Origin: Candidatus Nanosyncoccus sp.
GTDB taxonomy: Bacteria > Patescibacteriota > Saccharimonadia > Saccharimonadales > Saccharimonadaceae
DNA: 64,000 nucleotides
Assembly: GCA_045638045.1 (NCBI GenBank)
Contig: JAZUAP010000007.1
Coordinates: 5,907-69,906 of the forward strand
Reading direction: 5' to 3'
Part shown: positions 33,070 through 41,713 of the stretch, piece by piece
Position numbering within the stretch: the first letter of the stretch is position 1
Layout: each line of letters begins with the position of its first letter
Translations under genes and position numbers: made by a program
Notes under the pieces: generated by a model
What the model saw: only the letters and a program-made list of their open reading frames with translations
Databases searched by the model: none
Told to the model about the DNA's origin: nothing

Positions 33070-36045
33070 CTAACGCGCGACACAACGTACGGCGAAGCCC
33101 ACATCACGGGTGGCTCCCCAACCTAGGCCGCCTGTTTGATCTACGTCGAAATAAAGCATGACGGCATGGTCCGCTGTATCCGTATCTAAAGAGGAGGTCC
33201 AATATTCTCCTAACGATCCTACATATTGGCCAAACGATTCGCCACCCCATCGTCCGCCATAGGTAAAATATACCGGAGATTTTTGAATATTGCCACTTGT
33301 AGTAGCAGTATATCTTCCGTTGATTAAGTTATAGTATGATTTTGAACCGTCACGCGTCGGTAAGCGCCATCCAGCCGGGCAAATTGATTGGTTAACATCT
33401 TGGGTACCAGCAGTGTAACTACTGGAGTCGTTCATAGCTACAGCCGCGGTCCAGTTGTAGTAATTGCCTAAATGATAATGACCGCTAGTGCAGGTCTGCG
33501 TCATATTGTCAAGTGTACCGTTCCAACTAGTATTAAGGTTTCCGTTCCAACATTTATTGCCGGGGTCGTAAGATTCTGGAGTGGTAGTTGACCATATCCA
33601 TGTTTTATTACTCGTAGCGTAAGTAGAACGATCTGGAGTCCAGTTGGCAGGTATGTCCGTATTGGCGGGGGTGAGGGTGGTAGAAGTACTGAGATCTAGA
33701 TCCAGATTCTGAGTCATCCAGATGTTACCGTCTGCTTGCTTAGCTACCAAATATTCTTTGCCATCACGCTTATCTACTACTATAATCTGTTCGCCAACAG
33801 TAGTTAATTCATCTTTCCATTGGTTTACGTCTTGCATATATTTCGGAGGATCCGGGTTGACTATCCACGGGTCCGTGGCGGTACCAGTACCACTCACGGC
33901 AGCAGTTCCAGAGGTGAGGGAAATGGACGGGCGCACCCCATACGTGTAGACGACGATGCCGTAGCCGCCGCTGAGGTCGCCGTTCGGGCCCAGGTAGAAG
34001 CCGTTCGCATAACCGCCCGAGAGGCGGGAGTAAGGGGACAGCAACCAAAAGTAAGTACCGGAATACAGGAAACTGTTAGCATGGTAAGGAGTAGTGGATG
34101 CGCTGTAGCCTGAACCAGCAAAGGCAGCTTCATCAGCAGTGAGAAGAGCGGCTGGATATTTAAGCTGATTGGATACTCCAGTACTTCCTGCTACATAACG
34201 GTAGAGGTCTACAGTGCTACGATCTATTTGACTATATTTATTGCCACAGGTGAGGGATGGGGCTTGGGCGGCATTTGCGTTTCGTGGATCTGCGCCAAAG
34301 TAGTATTCTTGTTGGCCTGAGGTGCCGTAGGTGGAGGCAATGGTGGTAGATTCGCTAAGTGGGGTGGTCCAACTTCTGGATGTATTCATAGTACGGTCAT
34401 TACAATATCCTGCACTAGCTTCTAGTTTAGAAGTGTAGCTAGTCATATTGTTAGCATACCAAGTGTCTTCAATGTATGTTTTAATAGTTGAGCGAGTATT
34501 ATTAGCTCCTGGGTTAGAGTTAGAACCAAAGATTTGAGCAATAGTACCAGACTGGGATGTATTAGTAGCATAGGTGGAGTTATGGGTGTAGCCTACACGG
34601 ACGATTTGGCGGTAGTCAGAGGAAGTACCGTTGAAGGCTGAAGTAGTGACTTGGGCGGCAGTGGTTGCGTTGGCGCAAGTACTGCCAGTCCATTTGCCTT
34701 GGTAGATCATCTTTACTCCACCAGAGCCGGTAGTACGAATAATACGCCAGCAGGTATCTGAAGTATCTTTTCCATTGCCAGTAGTGTCCAATAGAACAGT
34801 ATTAGGCCAGGCGGCATTATCACCGTTGCTACCATATGAACCAGTGGTATTATCTAGAATGCCACGGTAGTAGTAGATTTTGCTGGTGTTTGCGACATCT
34901 GATGCAGTGCCAAAGACTGAGCTATTGTATTCATAGACGCCGGAGTTACTGGTAGTAATGGCAGCGCGAAGCTGAGCTAAAGTTTGGGTGCCTTTGCTCA
35001 TACTAGCTACCGTATTGTAAAGATTAATCCCTGCTACTTCCCACATCGCATAGATGGTAAGTGGGTTACTGGATTGCGTTTGATCTAGAGTCCAAGTAAG
35101 ATTAGTTCCACCACCATCAGGATTATAGGTAGTACCAGAGCATGTGCCTCCATCAGTTGTTTGAGTGGTACACCAACCTTTAAAGTTAAAGCCATCTCTT
35201 ACTGGAACTGTACTACTTAAATTCACTATTTCATCAAAGGTAGGTTGATTTACTACATTTGTAGGCATATTAGTAACAGTGTCTTGTGTATTCTGGTTAT
35301 AGGTAATGGAATAATAAATTGGATTTGCTACGGCAGTGATAATAAAGGTATTAGCATATTTACCTGGAGATGTAGAATTATTAATTCTGGTACCTAGTGC
35401 TATATTGTATTCGTTTGCTGTAGCATTTGCTGAAGTAGTTTTATCAATAATGAATTGGTTAGTAGCACTACTTGGTCCTGGGAAGTAAAGGTTAGATGAG
35501 GTGTTATCTATCACCACATCATTATTGGTATCATAATACTTACTTGGCCTGAATCCCCAAGTATTATTTAAGTTGTTAGATGAAGCATATGTAAGATCAT
35601 TATAGTTAGTTCCTGATACTCCTGCAGAAATAGTATGGGATGGGATAGTTTTAGAACTATCAGAAGCATTAACTAAAGCATTTTCTCCTTCAGTGCTGGC
35701 TTTAATGCCGAGTGTATAGCCTGTACCATTATTAGTAGAGACGCTGATATTATTAGCAGTAGTGTCCGATGAAGCAAAGGTTCCTGCACTATCAAGGGAT
35801 GAGATGTTGAGGCTTAGTTTGTCTGTTACACTGAGAGTAAGGGTGGAAGAAGTAGCATAGGCATCACTTCCTTTCAAAATGAAAAAGCCATCACCTATAG
35901 TAACCAATCCTAGTATTATCATTAATGTAATCGAATACATTACTCTTTTCTTGATTTTAGCATCAAGAATACTAAATACTCTAACCTCTGACAAAAACGA
36001 GTATTTATTTGTAGATTGATTCTTTAAACTATTATTACCTTCCAC
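33070..36045 (-). CDS. Secreted 991-aa surface protein: family N-terminal module + Listeria-Bacteroides-type repeat + 'YYYRG/CWRIIR' module + 'WLLSP...GVRPSISL' module + C-terminal FISUMP domain
   Basis: GTG start with a TGtTATAAT promoter (36083..36075 on minus). Signal-peptide-like KIKKRVMYSITLMIILGLVTIG...SDAYA. FISUMP landmarks at about 33073..33790: VDKRDGKEYLVAKQADGNIWMTQNL, YYNWTAAV, ICPAGWRLPT, YWTSSL, GFAVRCVAR. The exact start codon is uncertain. Confidence 0.85.
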   Translation of the reverse strand: MEGNNSLKNQSTNKYSFLSEVRVFSILDAKIKKRVMYSITLMIILGLVTIGDGFFILKGSDAYATSSTLTLSVTDKLSLNISSLDSAGTFASSDTTANNISVSTNNGTGYTLGIKASTEGENALVNASDSSKTIPSHTISAGVSGTNYNDLTYASSNNLNNTWGFRPSKYYDTNNDVVIDNTSSNLYFPGPSSATNQFIIDKTTSANATANEYNIALGTRINNSTSPGKYANTFIITAVANPIYYSITYNQNTQDTVTNMPTNVVNQPTFDEIVNLSSTVPVRDGFNFKGWCTTQTTDGGTCSGTTYNPDGGGTNLTWTLDQTQSSNPLTIYAMWEVAGINLYNTVASMSKGTQTLAQLRAAITTSNSGVYEYNSSVFGTASDVANTSKIYYYRGILDNTTGSYGSNGDNAAWPNTVLLDTTGNGKDTSDTCWRIIRTTGSGGVKMIYQGKWTGSTCANATTAAQVTTSAFNGTSSDYRQIVRVGYTHNSTYATNTSQSGTIAQIFGSNSNPGANNTRSTIKTYIEDTWYANNMTSYTSKLEASAGYCNDRTMNTSRSWTTPLSESTTIASTYGTSGQQEYYFGADPRNANAAQAPSLTCGNKYSQIDRSTVDLYRYVAGSTGVSNQLKYPAALLTADEAAFAGSGYSASTTPYHANSFLYSGTYFWLLSPYSRLSGGYANGFYLGPNGDLSGGYGIVVYTYGVRPSISLTSGTAAVSGTGTATDPWIVNPDPPKYMQDVNQWKDELTTVGEQIIVVDKRDGKEYLVAKQADGNIWMTQNLDLDLSTSTTLTPANTDIPANWTPDRSTYATSNKTWIWSTTTPESYDPGNKCWNGNLNTSWNGTLDNMTQTCTSGHYHLGNYYNWTAAVAMNDSSSYTAGTQDVNQSICPAGWRLPTRDGSKSYYNLINGRYTATTSGNIQKSPVYFTYGGRWGGESFGQYVGSLGEYWTSSLDTDTADHAVMLYFDVDQTGGLGWGATRDVGFAVRCVAR

Positions 36046-36123
36046 TCTCTATTCTTGTTAAGCTTATTGTATTAATTATAACATGCCGATTAATTTTTTA
36101 GAAGTTTTATTTTTGTAAAAACC

Positions 36124-36762
36124 CTACGATCCCAGCAAGCACCTCAGCGAGTAGCCGGCGTCGCGAAAATCGCTACCGGCAGGATACACATTGCTAGAAC
36201 GGACGGCCAGGAGGTACATATAGTTACCATTGTAGTAAGTAGAAGACCAGAAGACGCTGTTGGAGCCCTGACTGAACGCCGAGCCATCGTCGAAGCCGCC
36301 AGAGAAAGGCGTAGAAAGAGCGTTTTTGAAGCTTGTGGCATCACTACTATAGGCTGCGTAAAGGGCTTGGTATTCGCCGGAGGAGTTACTCGTTGGCATA
36401 CGCCAACCAGCTGGGCAAAGGTCATATTGAGCGTTACCAATTCCTTCATATCGATCGTAACAGTAACTTCCGGTACTAGCTGCACAGTAGTTATAATAGA
36501 CACCGATTTTACCAGAACCTGAACCATAGCTTATGGTAGTAGTGTTTTTATAGTCTGCATTGGCTTTGGCTTGGTTGTAGACATTATTAGTATCTCCCTG
36601 AGCCCATGCAACGAAGCCACTACTAGCATATCGGGCATCGGCAGAGCGGTTACCGGATTTGAGAGAAGTGAGGGAAGCGGCATTTACGTGAGTATTAGAA
36701 GTAGTTAGGCCGTTTAGAATAACACACCTTTTTTCTTCCTGAAGTAATTCTAGTTTCTGCAT
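36124..36762 (-). CDS. FISUMP-domain fragment with no signal peptide and no N-terminal beta-hairpin; possible pseudogene or silent cassette
   Basis: 212 aa. Begins at the MQ that marks the FISUMP domain boundary in the paralogues but lacks the D.RDG..Y.V.K.....WM..NL segment. Retains YYNYCAAS, LCPAGWRMPT, FWSSTY, GYSLRCLLG. No SD and no convincing promoter. Confidence 0.5.
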   Translation of the reverse strand: MQKLELLQEEKRCVILNGLTTSNTHVNAASLTSLKSGNRSADARYASSGFVAWAQGDTNNVYNQAKANADYKNTTTISYGSGSGKIGVYYNYCAASTGSYCYDRYEGIGNAQYDLCPAGWRMPTSNSSGEYQALYAAYSSDATSFKNALSTPFSGGFDDGSAFSQGSNSVFWSSTYYNGNYMYLLAVRSSNVYPAGSDFRDAGYSLRCLLGS

Positions 36763-36877
36763 TTTGCTGTTCTACTTTACTGATTATTTAATAATTAGTT
36801 TCAACAACCTTGCTGATAAAATATATTTAAAAAATGAATATTTGTGTTATAATGGATAGTAATTAAGTGGAGGAATT

Positions 36878-37876
36878 ATGAAAAAAACAATTTACAAAAT
36901 TCTGTCGCTTGCATTAATGCTTGGCATTGGTGTAGGTTTTTTGACTGTTGGTGCAGTATTTGCCGAAGAGGAAGGCGGCAGTGGTACTAGTACGAGTATT
37001 AGTTTGTCACCTGTTAGCGATGTATTGGAGCTCTCTTCAAACCAGACTTACGAAAAAACATTTAACGTAAAAAACAGCGGTTCAGAAGATATGAAAGTTG
37101 AAGTGTATGCCGCGCCATACTCTTATGTATATTCTGAAGAAGAAGATGTATATAAACTTGGTTTTAGCAAAGAAAACAGTTTTACCCAAATCACCCGCTG
37201 GATTACTTTTAAAGATGCAAATGGGAACTGGGTTGCTAAGCCAACTTACACTATTAAGCCAAATGAGGCTTTAGATATTTCATATAAGGTCACAACGCCA
37301 GACAATATCCCGGCTGGTGGGCAATACGCTGTTTTGTTTGCTCATTCTTTAACTAGCGCCTCCACTGCTAGTGGGATTAAAACTGAAGCTAGCCCGGGAA
37401 TGATTATCTATGGTCGCTCAACTGAGGGTGAAGCAATCAGATCGGCAGAAATCTCTAACATGAAAATTGAACTTAAGAATAATGAAGAAACAAAGTCCAA
37501 TAATTTCTTTGCCACTGCAAAGATTAAAAACACTGGTAACCTTGATTTTAGTGCAGTTGGCAAATTAAAAGTTGACGCTATTATAGGGTTTGGAAGCTAC
37601 GAAACACCAAATACTGGAACCAATGCAACCACTTCAATTATTCCTGAGGTCGAACTGGCTATATCGGATGAATGGAAGGATTCTCCGGGTTTTGGAATTT
37701 ATAAGGCAACCTGGACAGTGCAGGCTGGAGATTCAAATGAGGTTGTGGAAAAAATCATTTTCATAAATCCACTTTTGTTTATATTTATAACCATAATCCT
37801 ATTGACAATTATAATTGGTGGTGCTATAATAGGGGTTAGGAAGCGTAAAGAGCGCCGTTCTAGATTGGCTGTCTAG
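36878..37876 (+). CDS. Cell-surface protein with DUF916/DUF3324-like architecture (signal peptide, two beta-rich halves, C-terminal TM anchor + basic tail)
   Basis: 332 aa. TGtTATAAT (36848..36853) plus SD GTGGAGG. Signal peptide ...VGAVFA/EEE. ISLSPVSDVLELSSNQTYEKTFNVKNSGSEDMKVEVYAAPYS resembles the DUF916 opening. C-terminus LLFIFITIILLTIIIGGAIIGV + RKRKERRSRLAV. The family assignment rests on architecture and pattern only. Confidence 0.6.
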   Translation: MKKTIYKILSLALMLGIGVGFLTVGAVFAEEEGGSGTSTSISLSPVSDVLELSSNQTYEKTFNVKNSGSEDMKVEVYAAPYSYVYSEEEDVYKLGFSKENSFTQITRWITFKDANGNWVAKPTYTIKPNEALDISYKVTTPDNIPAGGQYAVLFAHSLTSASTASGIKTEASPGMIIYGRSTEGEAIRSAEISNMKIELKNNEETKSNNFFATAKIKNTGNLDFSAVGKLKVDAIIGFGSYETPNTGTNATTSIIPEVELAISDEWKDSPGFGIYKATWTVQAGDSNEVVEKIIFINPLLFIFITIILLTIIIGGAIIGVRKRKERRSRLAV

Positions 37877-37952
37877 TACGAGCGAACTGTTGCGAGCAGA
37901 CTCTTTACAAAACCAAAATAAAAACATTAAACAAAAAAAGAGAGTGTAGAGT

Positions 37953-38951
37953 ATGAAAAGAACACACAAAAAAATATTTGGTCTTTTCGGACTTATATTG
38001 GTGGCTGCAGTCACGATTTTTGCAGCCTTCTTGCCGAGTCCCAAGACCTTAGCTGCAGATTCAGGCAGCTTTACTGATGAAATATCAGTAAGAGTTACAG
38101 GCTCTACTCCATCAATAGATGTGGACGGAATTGAGCAAGATTCTGTTTCGCCAGATGGTAGACGCACTGCAACAATCCCATATAGTGGGGTAGAATCAAT
38201 TGTAGTTAAAATAATATATACGGATGAGGATGGAAATGAATACGTAACTACATTGCCAACAAAGTACGTCGATTATGCAACTGGAACAGCAACTTTAACG
38301 TTTGACACCTTAACTGGTGATTATGATTTGGATGGTGTAACTGGTGGTATGGTTGCTTACGGCTATGGTGATTATGAAATTGAAGTGGAAGGATATATTG
38401 GAGATTCACTAGTCGCTGGTCCAATCCATGTTGAATTCGAAACTAACCCGATTGGTGATGGTACGCAGATCGTGAAAGAAGAAGGTGCGGGCGATGACGG
38501 TTCAGACAAGTATTATTTAGATGTGGATTATGATAACAACGGAGAGGTGCCTGGTGGAGCTGACGTAGACCGAATAAATATTAGAATTTTTAACGAGAGT
38601 GGGGAAGAAGTAACCGCACCATTAACTATTGTGGCACCAGATACGAGAGTTGAATTGCCGTTTGCAGAATGGGGAGAAGGAAAGTATAGAATCGAGATCA
38701 CGGCTTACGATGGAAGTGGAAACGTAATTTACAAATCACCTGCATATGTGTTTGAATATAACTATTCTCCTGGTGGCGACGAACCTCTCCCAGTACCTGG
38801 CACCGGTGATACAGGTGGAATAATGGGCAACTTGAACATCTCGAAGACGGACTACATTATTACAGGACTTATAATCTTTGGAATTATTGGAGTTAGCGCT
38901 GCAGTGTTTATCTCGAAGCACGACAAAAAAGCAGGGAACAGAAGAAAATAA
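37953..38951 (+). CDS. Sortase-substrate-like surface protein (LPVPGTG sorting signal)
   Basis: 332 aa. Signal peptide ...PKTLA/ADS. Beta-rich Ig-like body. L-P-V-P-G-T-G at 38787..38807, then hydrophobic YIITGLIIFGIIGVSAAVFI and the KHDKKAGNRRK tail. Confidence 0.65.
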   Translation: MKRTHKKIFGLFGLILVAAVTIFAAFLPSPKTLAADSGSFTDEISVRVTGSTPSIDVDGIEQDSVSPDGRRTATIPYSGVESIVVKIIYTDEDGNEYVTTLPTKYVDYATGTATLTFDTLTGDYDLDGVTGGMVAYGYGDYEIEVEGYIGDSLVAGPIHVEFETNPIGDGTQIVKEEGAGDDGSDKYYLDVDYDNNGEVPGGADVDRINIRIFNESGEEVTAPLTIVAPDTRVELPFAEWGEGKYRIEITAYDGSGNVIYKSPAYVFEYNYSPGGDEPLPVPGTGDTGGIMGNLNISKTDYIITGLIIFGIIGVSAAVFISKHDKKAGNRRK

Positions 38952-38990
38952 TTAGATAAACTAAAGTTTCAATTTATACTCTATTTGAAT

Positions 38991-39031
38991 AAAAAAATCG
39001 GGCACGCCTACTGCGAGGGTGCCCGATTTTT
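38991..39031. terminator. Bidirectional Rho-independent terminator
   Basis: AAAAAAA-atcgggcac-(13 nt)-gtgcccgat-TTTTT, between the convergent genes ending at 38951 and 39037. Confidence 0.85.
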
Positions 39032-39036
39032 GATTA

Positions 39037-39627
39037 TTATTCTGTAACGCCGAGCTCAATGCGTTTGAATTGGCGGATGGTGATGTTTTCGCCGGTTTTT
39101 GCAATAGCTTCTTTGATGAATTGTTCTACAGTTTTAGAATCATCCAAGATGTAAGGTTGGTTCATCAATACCTTGTCAGCGAAAGCTTTTTTCATTTGGC
39201 CTTCTAGAATCTGATCTTTCATGTTTTCTGGGCCCTTGAAGTTAGCTTCTAGCTCTTTTTTCTTAGCCTTCTTATCCTTTTCTGGGATGTCTGCCTCAGA
39301 AACATAAAGTGGATTCATTGAGGCAATTTGCATTGCCATTTGGTGAGCCAAAGTTTTGAATTCGTCAGTTTTAGCGACGAAGCTGGTTTCGCAGTTTACT
39401 TCTACGATAGCGCCAAGGCGTCCGTCGTGAATGTAAGCATCAATTAAACCTTCGCGAGTTTCGCGGTCACCACGCTTTTCAGCTTTGGTGAGACCTTTTT
39501 TACGCATCGCTTCGAGAGCTTTGTCAAAATCGCCTTTAGCTTCAACTAGAGCTTTTTTAGCATCGGTGAGACCCGCGCCTGAAAGCTCTTTTAATTTTTT
39601 AATTTGTTCAACTGAAATTTCAGCCAT
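39037..39627 (-). CDS. tsf: Elongation factor Ts (short form)
   Basis: 196 aa. N-terminal UBA-like IKKLKELSGAGLTDAKKALVEA. Confidence 0.9.
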   Translation of the reverse strand: MAEISVEQIKKLKELSGAGLTDAKKALVEAKGDFDKALEAMRKKGLTKAEKRGDRETREGLIDAYIHDGRLGAIVEVNCETSFVAKTDEFKTLAHQMAMQIASMNPLYVSEADIPEKDKKAKKKELEANFKGPENMKDQILEGQMKKAFADKVLMNQPYILDDSKTVEQFIKEAIAKTGENITIRQFKRIELGVTE

Positions 39628-39663
39628 AGTTTATGCCTCCTATAATTTTTATAAATACGCAAT

Positions 39664-40350
39664 TTATTTTTTACCTTCTTTAATAGCTTCGACAAAGTAG
39701 CTTAAAATAAGCTTGGTCGCCTTGATTGAATCATCGTTTGCTGGGATGATGTAATCAATATTTGATGGGTCGACGTTAGAATCGGTGATAGCGATGACTG
39801 GAATATGTAAAACATTTGCTTCCTTGATAGCGTTTTTGTCCTCGATTGCATCGACAACGATTACAGCTGATGGCTGATCGGTCATATCCTTGATACCGCC
39901 GTAGCGTTCGTTTAACATATCGATTTCTTCTTGAAATCTTTGAACTTCGAGCTTAGAATAGCGGTTTTCAAGTTCGCCTGAAGCCATGCGGCGTTCCAAA
40001 TCTTTTAGTTTTTTGATTTGGCGGTTGACCGTTTCGACATTGGTCAAAGTACCGCCGACCCAACGCACAGTGACGTAAGGCATATCTACTTCCTCGGCAG
40101 CCTCTTTTACAGCGTCTTTCATCTGTTTTTTGGTACCGACGAAGAGAATCATTTTGCCAGACTTTGCGATTTCGGTAAGTTTTGGCAAAGCTTTTTCTAA
40201 ACCTTCAACGGTTTTTTCAAGGTTGATAATGTGAGCGCCTTGACGCTTTGAATGAATGTATGGCGCCATTTTTGGGTGCCAACGACTGGATTTATGCCCA
40301 AAATGAGCACCACTTTCCAGCAAAGCTTTCATATCGACTGATATAGCCAT
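39664..40350 (-). CDS. rpsB: 30S ribosomal protein S2
   Basis: Canonical N-terminus MAISVDMKALLESGAHFGH starts at ATG 40350 (SD GAAAGGA). The 15-codon extension in the track (to 40395) is rejected. Confidence 0.93.
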   Translation of the reverse strand: MAISVDMKALLESGAHFGHKSSRWHPKMAPYIHSKRQGAHIINLEKTVEGLEKALPKLTEIAKSGKMILFVGTKKQMKDAVKEAAEEVDMPYVTVRWVGGTLTNVETVNRQIKKLKDLERRMASGELENRYSKLEVQRFQEEIDMLNERYGGIKDMTDQPSAVIVVDAIEDKNAIKEANVLHIPVIAITDSNVDPSNIDYIIPANDDSIKATKLILSYFVEAIKEGKK

Positions 40351-40565
40351 ATATGATTTCCTTTCTCTTTGTTCCTGGGCATTATCGGCTATCAAGCCAG
40401 GAAATCTCCCAAAAACTGTTTCATTTAATTAATAACTGTTATATTATACCACAGGACTATATTTATTGCAACACTAAAGTGGCTGTGCTTGCGGGAAATG
40501 TTTTTTTTATTATAATAAGCTGATAGACAATTATTTGGAATATGTACTTTAAAAAGGAGGGCAAA

Positions 40566-41222
40566 ATGAATCAGCACGTTATAAGAGTAGCCGATAGCCG
40601 GTTAAATACAAATATAAATTGTGACATTTGGGATTTTAAAAGAGCAAGGGAGCTGGAAGATAGACGCGTTTATCTTTATGGTGAAATCTTGCCACTCGAT
40701 AGTGATGATAGTTTTTATGCTGATGCATCGATTGCGTCATTCATCGTAGAGCAGATCTTAGATTGTAACCGTATCGATGAAGGACTGGAACCGGAAATAC
40801 GTGAACCGATCAGGTTATATATTAATTCGCCTGGTGGAGACGTAACCGAAGGATTCGCTTTGATTTCGGCGATTGAGCTCAGTAAAACTCCGGTTTATAC
40901 CATCAACATGGCGCAGTGGAGTTCGATGGCGTTTTTGATTGGGATTGCTGGGCATAAACGTTTTTCACTGCCAAGAGCATCTTTTCTGATGCATGATGGT
41001 TCAATTTTCCTGTACGGAACAGCGAATAAAGTTAAAGACAGAGTCGAATTCGAAAACCGGGTTGAAGAGGAGATGGTCAAACCATTTGTGCTGGCACACA
41101 GTAAGATGTCCGAAGCGGATTACGATAAACTGGACCGGAAAGAATTCTATATGTTGGCGAATGATGCCTTGGAGCTTGGTTTTATTGATGAAATCATAAC
41201 TGACCTTCAGGCAATATTCTAA
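40566..41222 (+). CDS. Divergent ClpP-family (S14) serine protease subunit
   Basis: ATG 40566 follows the SD AAAAAGGAGGG; the track start at 40542 is rejected. YINSPGGDV. A Ser/His/Asp triad can be aligned (WSSMAF, LMHDG, LDRKEF). N-terminal extension and an insertion relative to housekeeping ClpP. No clpX or clpA is adjacent. Confidence 0.6.
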   Translation: MNQHVIRVADSRLNTNINCDIWDFKRARELEDRRVYLYGEILPLDSDDSFYADASIASFIVEQILDCNRIDEGLEPEIREPIRLYINSPGGDVTEGFALISAIELSKTPVYTINMAQWSSMAFLIGIAGHKRFSLPRASFLMHDGSIFLYGTANKVKDRVEFENRVEEEMVKPFVLAHSKMSEADYDKLDRKEFYMLANDALELGFIDEIITDLQAIF

Positions 41223-41234
41223 ATATTTGTCTTG

Positions 41235-41258
41235 GGGCGGATAATATCCGCCCTTTTT
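41235..41258 (+). terminator. Rho-independent terminator
   Basis: gggcggat-aat-atccgccc followed by TTTTT. Confidence 0.85.
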
Positions 41259-41299
41259 CTTTACAATTTTTGTTTTATCTGATATAATGACAATTAGTT

Positions 41300-41650
41300 A
41301 TGAGTAAAAAAGAATTACATCCTAAAGATTATCGTTTTGTCGTCTTTTCGGACGAAGCTGCAGGTTTTTCGTTTTTGACGAAATCTACCGCAAAAAGCGA
41401 AGAGACTATCAAATGGGAAGATGGAAAAGAATATCCTCTCGTTAAGGTGCAGATTTCTTCTGCTTCACATCCATTCTTTACTGGTGAAGAGAAGATCATC
41501 GATACCGAAGGTCGCGTAGATCGGTTCAAAGCTCGTGCAGAGAAGGCAGCCAAGATGAAAGCTGCGCTCGAGAACAAAGCGAAAAAAGCAGCTAAAGAAG
41601 CTGAAAAGAAAGCTAAAGCCGAAGACGCAATTGAAGCAAAAGCAGAATAA
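41300..41650 (+). CDS. rpmE: 50S ribosomal protein L31, type B (no CxxC), with a Lys/Ala-rich C-terminal extension
   Basis: 116 aa. [10 protein letters not shown]..., [24 protein letters not shown]. Confidence 0.85.
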   Translation: MSKKELHPKDYRFVVFSDEAAGFSFLTKSTAKSEETIKWEDGKEYPLVKVQISSASHPFFTGEEKIIDTEGRVDRFKARAEKAAKMKAALENKAKKAAKEAEKKAKAEDAIEAKAE

Positions 41651-41655
41651 TCATG

Positions 41656-41681
41656 AAATCGGCCGAGTGAGGCCGATTTTT
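41656..41681 (+). terminator. Rho-independent terminator
   Basis: atcggcc-gagtga-ggccgat followed by TTTTT. The frr promoter (TGtTATAAT) follows directly. Confidence 0.8.
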
Positions 41682-41713
41682 GTTATAATAGAATATATAA
41701 TAAAGGAGTTATT

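Noticed and set aside
33722-34133. Four overlapping 75-97-aa ORFs on both strands
   Set aside because: They are stop-free frames produced by the local GC-rich patch inside the 991-aa gene. The long minus-strand frame carries conserved family motifs through the region.
33070-36762. Diversity-generating retroelement targeting the FISUMP/lectin-like C-termini
   Set aside because: There is no reverse transcriptase gene in the window. The 3' ends of the candidate target genes (33070..33300 and 36124..36350) show no template/variable-repeat pair or adenine-specific mismatches when compared by eye.
40396-41260. Prophage remnant around the ClpP-like gene
   Set aside because: No other phage-like genes (portal, capsid, terminase, integrase) flank it. 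The neighbours are rpsB and rpmE, each with its own promoter.
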